DNA from: an uncultured virus (IMG/VR IMGVR_UViG_3300025759_000001)
Taxonomy: Duplodnaviria; Heunggongvirae; Uroviricota; Caudoviricetes; Crassvirales
Virus record (IMG/VR): IMGVR_UViG_3300025759_000001
Strand: one strand, 5' to 3'
Length of the DNA stretch: 64,000 bases
Shown: one piece after another, positions 48,655-55,940 of the stretch
Numbering within the stretch: the first letter of the stretch is position 1
How the letters are laid out: every line of letters begins with the position of its first letter
Made by a program: the position numbers and the translations under genes
Notes under the pieces: model-generated
Database searches by the model: none
The model's input: the letters and a program-made list of their open reading frames with translations, nothing else
Told to the model about the DNA's origin: nothing

Positions 48655-48879
48655 CTAGAGATACTTAAAAAAACTGTAAATTGCAATGACTATTTGAGAA
48701 ATTTTTGAATGTGGGAAGAATTCTAAGAAGAATATTACATATAGTGGAAGAATTATGCGAATAATAAACATTAAATACCCAAGAGTCCTTGGAATGAACA
48801 TAATGTTGGTTGGGGTTGTCATTCCAAAGACTACAAAGGCAAATGTGCCTAGAACTTTAGAGAAATTTATTCTTTGCAT
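48655..48879 (-). CDS. Small membrane protein
   Basis: 74 aa, hydrophobic; preceded by the bipartite motif (48883-48929). Confidence 0.55.
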   Translation of the reverse strand: MQRINFSKVLGTFAFVVFGMTTPTNIMFIPRTLGYLMFIIRIILPLYVIFFLEFFPHSKISQIVIAIYSFFKYL

Positions 48880-48959
48880 AGGTAAAGATAACTATAAAAT
48901 AAAATAACTAGCTATGGCATTATAGCTAAAGAAGTTTTTTTGCTGTGGTTTTCCCGTAA

Positions 48960-49175
48960 CTATCCAAAGTTTTCTTTCATTATGTCAGTAAAGGACTGCA
49001 AGTCGTCAATATAGTGATCATAAACTTTAACTTTACCCTTGTGAATTATAAATAAGTTCTTTAACATCACGTCCACAGTGCTACTCCTACCAAACCCACT
49101 GGACTTAATCCACAGTTCTTTTGTACTATTCCAATGGAAGTTATAACTCTCTAGGACTTCTCTATATGTCTTCAT
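48960..49175 (-). CDS. Hypothetical protein
   Basis: 71 aa; TATCTTTA 4 nt upstream of the ATG. Confidence 0.55.
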   Translation of the reverse strand: MKTYREVLESYNFHWNSTKELWIKSSGFGRSSTVDVMLKNLFIIHKGKVKVYDHYIDDLQSFTDIMKENFG

Positions 49176-49865
49176 CAGCTAAAGATACAATTTTTTTTTT
49201 TAATAATTTTTTTTTAAGTTGAAAATATAGTCGTACGCTAGATAAACCACAACTTCACCCCCACTCTTTTTATATTTTGGGTATAGGGGTAGTGATTTTG
49301 TCACACCTAACCCAATTAGTTTCATCAAGCTTATTGCTTGAAGATTCTTATTCTTGTCTAGCTAGTCGTAGCTAAGACTTAATTAACCTACGAGAGGTGA
49401 AGAGTAATGAATGAGTGTGGAGTGAACACCACATAACTAATTGGGTATATTCTATTATCATGACCTAATGATTGATAATAACAACACCATGCGTATTACA
49501 TTCAAACACCCTTGTCCGAGGTGCTATCACATGCCTCATTGAGGATGATGCTAAGTGGACACAACACATGTCATCAGCCCTTTGTGGTACTAGTTAAATG
49601 ATGCATTAACACTCTATGCTAGTAAGGAGTGTTATTTTAAGTTGCATTACCCCACTAGGGACTACGTAAACAATGCAATAAACACTATGGTAGTAGCGGT
49701 GGATTAACAGGTTTATATCGCAAGCATTACAATTGCAGTTCATGAAGGTTATAAGGATATTCTAGAATATCTAAACTTAAGAAATGAAACATTTTTGTAA
49801 AGTGGGTCAGATATAATCCCTGTTAGTCAATTTGGCTTAAATAAATCACTTAAAACAATATAACT

Positions 49866-50081
49866 ATGAAAACAACACTACAAGTAATTCAGATGATATC
49901 ATTAATGTGGATGACACTATTTATGATGATTACTCTCTATGCCGTTAATTGGGGTAGAAGAGAATTTACTAATGATGCTATGCTTGACTCATTGTATTGG
50001 CAAGGCTTATTGCTTGCAATCTTATTAGTTTGCAAGTTTGGTATCTACTTAACTAACAAGTATAAAATTAGCAAGAAATGA
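49866..50081 (+). CDS. Small membrane protein
   Basis: 71 aa, two TM segments; first clear gene of the plus-strand arm. Confidence 0.6.
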   Translation: MKTTLQVIQMISLMWMTLFMMITLYAVNWGRREFTNDAMLDSLYWQGLLLAILLVCKFGIYLTNKYKISKK

Positions 50082-50227
50082 GAGTTAAGATGAAACAAGA
50101 CAAATCACCTGCAAAGAAGACATTCATTGTGGGTGGAATGGTTGTATTTGCTGATTCACAAGAAGAAGCACTTGCAATGATTTCAGGAGTTGAACTAGAC
50201 AAGTACAACAAGCTTAAGAAAGTATAA
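50078..50227 (+). CDS. Small protein (49 aa, not in ORF track)
   Basis: MRVKMKQDKSPAKKTFIVGGMVVFADSQEEALAMISGVELDKYNKLKKV; ATGA overlap with the upstream stop; followed by a hairpin. Confidence 0.55.
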   Translation: MRVKMKQDKSPAKKTFIVGGMVVFADSQEEALAMISGVELDKYNKLKKV

Positions 50228-50441
50228 TTGTTCAGGGGAAGAAATTCTCCTGAATATAAAAACCTAAACTTCACAATAACTCTTATTATACATTGGGAAT
50301 ATATTATTCTCAATCACATCGTGTATACACACAATCTAGACGTAGTCGGGGATTGTATGAGAGATATGCGTAAATTCGGATATGAGAGGGAATGTAGGCC
50401 CTTGACGATGTGATTAAACTTTAACTAAATCATTTGAAATC

Positions 50442-50546
50442 GTGAGAAATCTTTATTACATTAATGGAAATGCAATAGTTGCTCGTTCATTACAGGAAGC
50501 GTTATTAATCAACAAAGAGGCAGAGCAAGTAGCTGTTGCCTCATAA
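50442..50546 (+). CDS. Small protein (34 aa, GTG start), paralog-like to 50078..50227
   Basis: MRNLYYINGNAIVARSLQEALLINKEAEQVAVAS; followed by a hairpin. Confidence 0.45.
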   Translation: MRNLYYINGNAIVARSLQEALLINKEAEQVAVAS

Positions 50547-50687
50547 ACATATAAGCATGATGAAATACTCATGCTTTAAAAAAACCTAAACTTTACTCCA
50601 ACTCTTATTATACTTTGGGAGTAATCAGTTTATTTCTAGGCTTCATGGAGTGCCTTTCTTAAAACTCTTATTAAATCTTTTAAAACT

Positions 50688-51158
50688 ATGAGCAAATCAA
50701 ATGTTCTTTCAAATCAGCCTATTGTAAAAGCTCACCCTGTAACAGGTGCAATTGTTACTTATTTTGATAACTCTAAAGGCGAAACCTTTGGTAAAATTCG
50801 TATTGACCAACGAGCCCCTGTTATCAATAATGGGTTTATGTCATTTGCTAACCGTTCAGCTTTCATCACTTTAGATGAATCAACTGCAAAGGAAATGGAA
50901 ACTATCCTTGAGGAAGACAAAGCTTATCCTATTCCAGGAAAGGTTGTTGTTACTGAATCTTTAACACCATTCTACGAGGGTCAAGAGCCTAAACGTAAAG
51001 GTGCGGAAGGAGAGGTAATTACTCACCTTGGTGCTTCTGTTTATCGTGACACTAACTATGTTTTTGACTTAGATGCCAAAGATACTTTGTTAGCAGGCGA
51101 CAGAGACGGAGTGGAAACACCTGTATCTGAAGAGGCAAACTCTGATGTAGCTGAATAA
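50688..51158 (+). CDS. Single-stranded DNA-binding protein-like (crAss type)
   Basis: Beta-rich 156 aa, GKVVVTESLTPFY...PKRKG motif, acidic C-terminal tail. Confidence 0.6.
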   Translation: MSKSNVLSNQPIVKAHPVTGAIVTYFDNSKGETFGKIRIDQRAPVINNGFMSFANRSAFITLDESTAKEMETILEEDKAYPIPGKVVVTESLTPFYEGQEPKRKGAEGEVITHLGASVYRDTNYVFDLDAKDTLLAGDRDGVETPVSEEANSDVAE

Positions 51159-51176
51159 TATTAGGCTAAACTTATT

Positions 51177-51206
51177 AACCCTGTTCTTAATTGAGCAGGG
51201 TTTCTT
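51177..51206 (+). terminator. Rho-independent terminator
   Basis: AACCCTGTTC-TTAATT-GAGCAGGGTT followed by TCTT. Confidence 0.65.
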
Positions 51207-51370
51207 ATTAACAACAAAAAAAATGGTTTGCAACAAGTTGCAATAAAATAATTATCAATGTAAAAACATTGATTATAAAACCCTAAACTTTACCTCCTCT
51301 CTTTTTATGCACTGCAGAGGTAAATACGAAACTCCCAGCAAGGTTTAAATACGAAAGAAAAAACAATATT

Positions 51371-51670
51371 ATGAACAACAAGAACACATTCGAGGTTGGT
51401 GATAAGGTTACTATACGTCAAGATAGTTATTATTGGGACACTCAGAGTCATACTGATGAGAATGCTCAAGGTAGATTAAGAGTGTTTGTTATAAAGAAGA
51501 TAGAAGGTGAGACATACAGTAGTGGTGATGGTGATAAAGGTGATTACTACATACATGCTCAAGATCCTTATGATGAATACTCTAATCAGTATAGATATGA
51601 AGATTTTGAGCTTTATGAGCCTGTTGTGTTAGTTAAATACGCGAAGAAGACGTTCAAGTTCATGGGATAA
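51371..51670 (+). CDS. Small SH3/KOW-like protein
   Basis: FEVGDKVTIR...YRYEDFELY; C-terminal YAKKTFKFMG. Confidence 0.6.
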   Translation: MNNKNTFEVGDKVTIRQDSYYWDTQSHTDENAQGRLRVFVIKKIEGETYSSGDGDKGDYYIHAQDPYDEYSNQYRYEDFELYEPVVLVKYAKKTFKFMG

Positions 51671-51741
51671 TACAAACACCCACCATTTAACCTCACTTCA
51701 CAAATAAAAACTAAAACTAACCTTATTAAATTATAGCTAAA

Positions 51742-52440
51742 ATGAAACAATCAATACAGGTAGTAATGCTACCAACAGAAGATAAGAGTCATTTACATTT
51801 AAAAGGAAATGGTAAATTATTTACTTATGTAAATAGTGTAAAAGGAACTAATAAGCTAATGGGTAGTCCAAAACTATCAGACCACAGGGTTGCTCAACAT
51901 GTCTACATCACAGTATCACAAGATGTAGAACCTATTAAAGAAGGTGATTGGCATATATTCAATGGTAGTGTGTTAGCTCAAGCTACAAGCAGGCATGGAG
52001 AATTAGGTAATCCATTTAACCGTAGAAAAATCATAGCAACTACTGACCCTAAGCTTACTGTTGAAACAGAGTTAAATGCTTATTACAGAAATGGTATAGG
52101 TGGGGCTAAAAAGATACCACAACTACCACAATCATTCTTAAAAGAATTTGTTGCTAATCCTGAAGGTAAGTGGGAAGTTGAGTATGAATTTAAAAGAGTT
52201 GAATGCCACAATTACAATGGAGAACATCTAGGTAAAGATTGTTCTTGTAAGTCAGGAGATTTTAGAGATGTTTATGAATTAAAACTAAACCAAGACAATA
52301 CTGTTAATATTACTTCTGTAAAAGAGAAGATGTATAATAGAGAAGAGGTTACTATATTATTTAACAAACTTAATAGTGATTTTGAAATATATTCTAATTA
52401 CAAAACAACTTTAGAAGATTGGATTAAAAAAAACTTATAA
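51742..52440 (+). CDS. Hypothetical protein of a Bacteroidota-phage family
   Basis: VVMLPTE, QHVYIT...IKEGDW, RKIIATTD, IPQLPQSFLKEFV motifs. Confidence 0.6.
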   Translation: MKQSIQVVMLPTEDKSHLHLKGNGKLFTYVNSVKGTNKLMGSPKLSDHRVAQHVYITVSQDVEPIKEGDWHIFNGSVLAQATSRHGELGNPFNRRKIIATTDPKLTVETELNAYYRNGIGGAKKIPQLPQSFLKEFVANPEGKWEVEYEFKRVECHNYNGEHLGKDCSCKSGDFRDVYELKLNQDNTVNITSVKEKMYNREEVTILFNKLNSDFEIYSNYKTTLEDWIKKNL

Positions 52441-52467
52441 TAAATAATTAATTAAAACCCAATAACA

Positions 52468-53028
52468 ATGAAAAAAATATTATTAGTATTAGCAATGGTG
52501 GCATTAACATTTGGAATGAATGCACAAGAAAAGTACGGAACTTACAAGTCAGGTACAATATCCGCAAGCGTAACCTTAGATGAAGGTAAAGTGTTTTTAG
52601 ACTTAACAAAAGACGGCAAGTACGGATTAATTTTAAAGCAAAAAGATAGGTTGGCCCTAACTACCTTTCTAAATGACTCAAGAATTAAGTTTATTGAGTG
52701 GTCTGAGAAAGCTGTTGCAAATTCAGTTAAAGACATTCATAAAGACATAGATGAGAAATCTTTTAGAGGTATTTTCAGCTATGGAGGTTGGAAGATTGGA
52801 ACATCAAGCTTAAGAACTATATTTTGGGTAGAAAAAGATGGAACTACAAACTTATACCTTTACGGCTCAGTAATGACTTCCTCTACTAATAGATATATGA
52901 AGTCTGATAGTGCGATGGTCATAATTACAAGCGAAGATGATTTTAATTCTTTGATAAATATTATTAGTGACAAAACAGTAAATGATTTTCTTGAAAAAAA
53001 GAAGACAGCTACTGATGTTTTTGACTAA
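52468..53028 (+). CDS. Secreted/periplasmic protein with signal peptide
   Basis: MKKILLVLAMVALTFGMNA-Q Sec-type signal peptide with Q at +1, a Bacteroidota trait. Confidence 0.7.
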   Translation: MKKILLVLAMVALTFGMNAQEKYGTYKSGTISASVTLDEGKVFLDLTKDGKYGLILKQKDRLALTTFLNDSRIKFIEWSEKAVANSVKDIHKDIDEKSFRGIFSYGGWKIGTSSLRTIFWVEKDGTTNLYLYGSVMTSSTNRYMKSDSAMVIITSEDDFNSLINIISDKTVNDFLEKKKTATDVFD

Positions 53029-53094
53029 AACAAACAATAAACACACCCTGAGTGATTGGGGAGTGTTATAAGGAGAAATACTTATAATAATACA

Positions 53095-53192
53095 TGACAC
53101 AGACATCCTAACTACAAGACGTTGTAGACTTCATACAAGGTATGAATAGCATTGATAAGCCCAGAAGGTGCAATGTTACGGGACCTGTGTTA
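53095..53192 (+). ncRNA. Candidate four-way-junction structured RNA
   Basis: Closing stem TGACACAG/CTGTGTTA enclosing three hairpins. Confidence 0.45.
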
Positions 53193-53215
53193 TATTAAAG
53201 AGTAATTAAAAAAGT

Positions 53216-53350
53216 ATGAATAACAAGAACAACAAAGACAAGTTAAATGAGTCAAGAGATGACTTTAACAACAGAGTAAGTAAACTCAAAGGACTAGGTA
53301 GCACAAAAGGTGTTAACTGGAAAAATAAACGAAGAAATAGACCAATTTAA
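53216..53350 (+). CDS. Small basic protein (44 aa, not in ORF track)
   Basis: MNNKNNKDKLNESRDDFNNRVSKLKGLGSTKGVNWKNKRRNRPI; A-rich leader. Confidence 0.45.
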   Translation: MNNKNNKDKLNESRDDFNNRVSKLKGLGSTKGVNWKNKRRNRPI

Positions 53351-53354
53351 AACT

Positions 53355-53567
53355 ATGAAGAAAATTGAATTCAAATTTCATCCAGGAGATGAATGCTTTA
53401 CTATAAATAATGGTAAAGTAAAAGAAGGATCTATCCACGAGACTAGCATCAAAATGGTTGGAGAAACCGTTGACATTAAATACTCTGTCCAATTAAAAGG
53501 AGAGAAGATTAATAGAACTGAAGATTATGTCTTCAAAACTAAAGACGAACTAATAGCTTCACTATAA
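53355..53567 (+). CDS. Small SH3-like protein
   Basis: Likely start MKKIEFKFHPGD at 53355; C-terminal VFKTKDELIASL. Confidence 0.6.
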   Translation: MKKIEFKFHPGDECFTINNGKVKEGSIHETSIKMVGETVDIKYSVQLKGEKINRTEDYVFKTKDELIASL

Positions 53568-53630
53568 TGAAGAAGCGTGTAAAAGAAAGAAGAGTAAAGG
53601 CATTTTTTTTAATAAAAGAAAAGAGAAGTA

Positions 53631-53975
53631 ATGGGATATTCCTATGAAGGCCATAATAAAGACTGGGATTATGATGAAACACCCAATCCGTGTTCTGAAA
53701 TACTTATGGAAGCTTCCCCTAAATCCATCGAAGATATGGTTCAGAATAGCGCTAAGTATAAGCCGAAAGACGTCGTCCAAATCAGACAAGAATACAGACG
53801 ACCAATAGAAGAAGTAGATATAAATGACTACAAATACATTGTCCATTCAGTAAAGTGGACAGATGATGGAATAAGATACACTTTAGAGAAAATGGGTACA
53901 ATATTAGACCCAACAGTTCCTGAAAGTGTTATTGAAATGATACCTATGTACCAACGTAGATCACTAAACTTATGA
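53631..53975 (+). CDS. Small protein with SH3-like C-terminal domain
   Basis: AKYKPKDVVQIR...; C-terminal YQRRSLNL. Confidence 0.55.
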   Translation: MGYSYEGHNKDWDYDETPNPCSEILMEASPKSIEDMVQNSAKYKPKDVVQIRQEYRRPIEEVDINDYKYIVHSVKWTDDGIRYTLEKMGTILDPTVPESVIEMIPMYQRRSLNL

Positions 53976-54199
53976 ATTATAAAGTAGGTGATCACGTTTG
54001 CATAGCTGGTGGTAGTACATATTATAAAGATCAAGCATTTGATTCATTTAATAAAACCAGAATATTTATTATAGAAGAAATGGATACCGAAGAGTACGTA
54101 TGTAAGTCGACGTCTGACGGATACGTAAATGTATACGAAGATGAAGATCTAGTAAAGATCTTACCAGTACTACACAATAAAAGAAAACTAAAATTTTGA
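53972..54199 (+). CDS. Small SH3/KOW-like protein (paralog of 51371..51670)
   Basis: YKVGDHVCIAGGSTYYKDQ...RIFII...NVYEDEDL; C-terminal HNKRKLKF. Confidence 0.6.
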   Translation: MNYKVGDHVCIAGGSTYYKDQAFDSFNKTRIFIIEEMDTEEYVCKSTSDGYVNVYEDEDLVKILPVLHNKRKLKF

Positions 54200-54205
54200 A
54201 AAACC

Positions 54206-54403
54206 ATGACACAACATTTAGAACAACATTTAGAACAATATGTAGTTGAAACACCAGCAGGTGAAATATTTAAAGTATTTGCAGAAAATGCATATGACGC
54301 AGAAAAACAAGTATTAGAAAAAATCAACTTTAAAAATACACTGGTGCATAGTACTACTACTGCATCATACGAGAAGTTTGATGCACCTGGATATATGCAT
54401 TGA
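54206..54403 (+). CDS. Hypothetical protein
   Basis: 65 aa; VFAENAYDAE motif. Confidence 0.55.
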   Translation: MTQHLEQHLEQYVVETPAGEIFKVFAENAYDAEKQVLEKINFKNTLVHSTTTASYEKFDAPGYMH

Positions 54404-54429
54404 TATATATCTATGTCTTAGAAGTTCTA

Positions 54430-54768
54430 TCAAGGAATGGGAATCATGAAGATATGCGAGGATAATACCGCCTCATGCTTCCCTGTACTCTTCGGAGACA
54501 TATAGAACCGGATGATTCGCTTCATTCCTTGAAGTAATTAAACTCTTTGATTGAAGATAAACAATAAATTGAAAATATTCCTATCGAGTCTTTAAAAGCG
54601 TGCTGGAGTTGACCTAAGCACAGGTAAAACGATTTATAAACTGTATCAGCAGTTGTGTTTATTGTAAATGTGTATGCATCAGATTAATAAACTATATGTC
54701 TGTTGAAAGAAGCAAAAGAAGTAGATACTCTTCTCATACATCCCATAGCTGAATTGGGCAAAGAGTTT
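54430..54768 (+). ncRNA. Candidate structured RNA(s), two domains
   Basis: 10-bp closing stems 54430-39/54523-32 and 54540-49/54759-68; C(TTCG)G tetraloop at 54490-54495. Confidence 0.45.
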
Positions 54769-54876
54769 TTTATTTAAAAATAAATTTATATAGGGATATG
54801 GTAAAACATGAATATAGTGTAATCACAGGCTCAAGTTATACTTGTGATCTGCTTAAAAAAAAAGAAGTATTAATCA

Positions 54877-55431
54877 ATGGTTTCAGAACAGAGCCTAAAA
54901 ACAGAAACAATGAAAAGAAAGGTAAAAATCGTTAGATCTAACGGAGATGTATATAAGGTCGACCCAGAGCATTCAATGCTTCTTCATAAAGGCAAAGACA
55001 AGCTTAAATTCTTACTTAATCAGATAATGGTGGCAACAGGTATAGATGTTACTCAGGACTTAAGAAAGAGAGAGATTGTATATTTAAGAGCAATCTATTA
55101 TAGATTAGCTATTGAATTAACCAGCTATTCATACGCAGTAATATCTAAGATTGTGAATAGAGACCATGCTTCAGTAACACATTCAATGACAAATGTCTGG
55201 GAAGAAATAGAAGATTATAGACCAGATCTTGTTGAAGTATATGAAAAGTTAGTGATAGATATGGATGATGAAGAGTTCATAAATCTAAAAGTGTTAAAGG
55301 TAAAGAATCAACTAAAAGAATTAGAGGAAACCCTTATGAATGTTAAGAGAGAGCTTAGTAAGGAGTATTTTTCAGTACAAGAACAATTAACAAATGTCAA
55401 AAAAGTTGCATACAATGAGATAGTAGAATAA
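54877..55431 (+). CDS. Protein with DnaA C-terminal (domain IV) HTH
   Basis: RKREIVYLRAIYYRLAIELTSYSYAVISKIVNRDHASVTHS matches the DnaA domain IV pattern; coiled-coil C-terminus; no AAA+ domain. Confidence 0.75.
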   Translation: MVSEQSLKTETMKRKVKIVRSNGDVYKVDPEHSMLLHKGKDKLKFLLNQIMVATGIDVTQDLRKREIVYLRAIYYRLAIELTSYSYAVISKIVNRDHASVTHSMTNVWEEIEDYRPDLVEVYEKLVIDMDDEEFINLKVLKVKNQLKELEETLMNVKRELSKEYFSVQEQLTNVKKVAYNEIVE

Positions 55432-55503
55432 GATATATCTTATCACTATAAGTTAATACATGTAACACCTTAAAACATTTCCTATTGATTCAATAGGTGT
55501 AAG

Positions 55504-55578
55504 TTTACGTTCGTCTAGGGGTTAGGACGCTTGCCCTCTTAGAGGCAGGAAACAAGAGTTCGAATCTCTTATGTAAAC
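55504..55578 (+). tRNA. tRNA-like gene with Glu-type body and abnormal anticodon arm (specificity undetermined, possibly pseudo)
   Basis: Acceptor TTTACGT/ATGTAAA, D-arm GTCTAGGGGTTAGGAC, T-arm AAGAG-TTCGAAT-CTCTT; anticodon arm CTTGCC-CTCTTAGA-GGCAGG (8-nt loop). Confidence 0.7.
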
Positions 55579-55940
55579 CTAATTATGCAGATTGGATTTT
55601 CTGTAATTTAGTTGGTTGGTTGGTTGATGAGGTGGAGATGATATCAAAGCCTCATTTTTTTAAGATCTTGATTATACTTTAGTCTAGTGGCTACGACACC
55701 AGCCTGATAAATAATCTATCAGTAACTTAAAAAATTTAGAGTTATTAGAAGCATGGGTTCAAGTACGGTAGCTCGGAGTCTCCGAGTGACCACAATAATG
55801 GGGGCGTTAAATTTCTTTTCCTTATAAAACTTCTATGTAATGTGCTTGATTGTCCCCTCTAAATTTTTAATTATCATATATATAGTGTATATAGTCAACG
55901 AAATTTAAAATATAAATTATAAACAGTAAATAAATAAATT

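Larger units (their letters stand above)
49244..51316 (+). promoter_or_regulatory. Four copies of a 38-nt motif (49244, 50260, 50582, 51279); candidate early promoters
   Basis: Ungapped AAMCCWMAACTTYAC-N5-CTCTTWTTAT core in all four; three copies end in TTGGG. Confidence 0.6.

Noticed and set aside
49468..49542. Tiny ORF MIDNNNTMRITFKHPCPRCYHMPH with a CxxC motif
   Set aside because: Only 24 codons with no supporting signals; cannot be told from chance.
50228..50413. Track ORF of 61 aa (TTG start)
   Set aside because: It runs through a terminator-like hairpin and the 38-nt motif, so it is likely non-coding.
49244..51316. The 38-nt repeats as a CRISPR or mini-array
   Set aside because: Spacing is 300-1000 bp with genes in between, the copies are degenerate and non-palindromic, and no cas genes are present.
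53045..53085. CTGAGTGA...GAAA as a hammerhead ribozyme core
   Set aside because: The core deviates from CUGANGA and the three-stem geometry cannot be built; the segments form independent hairpins.
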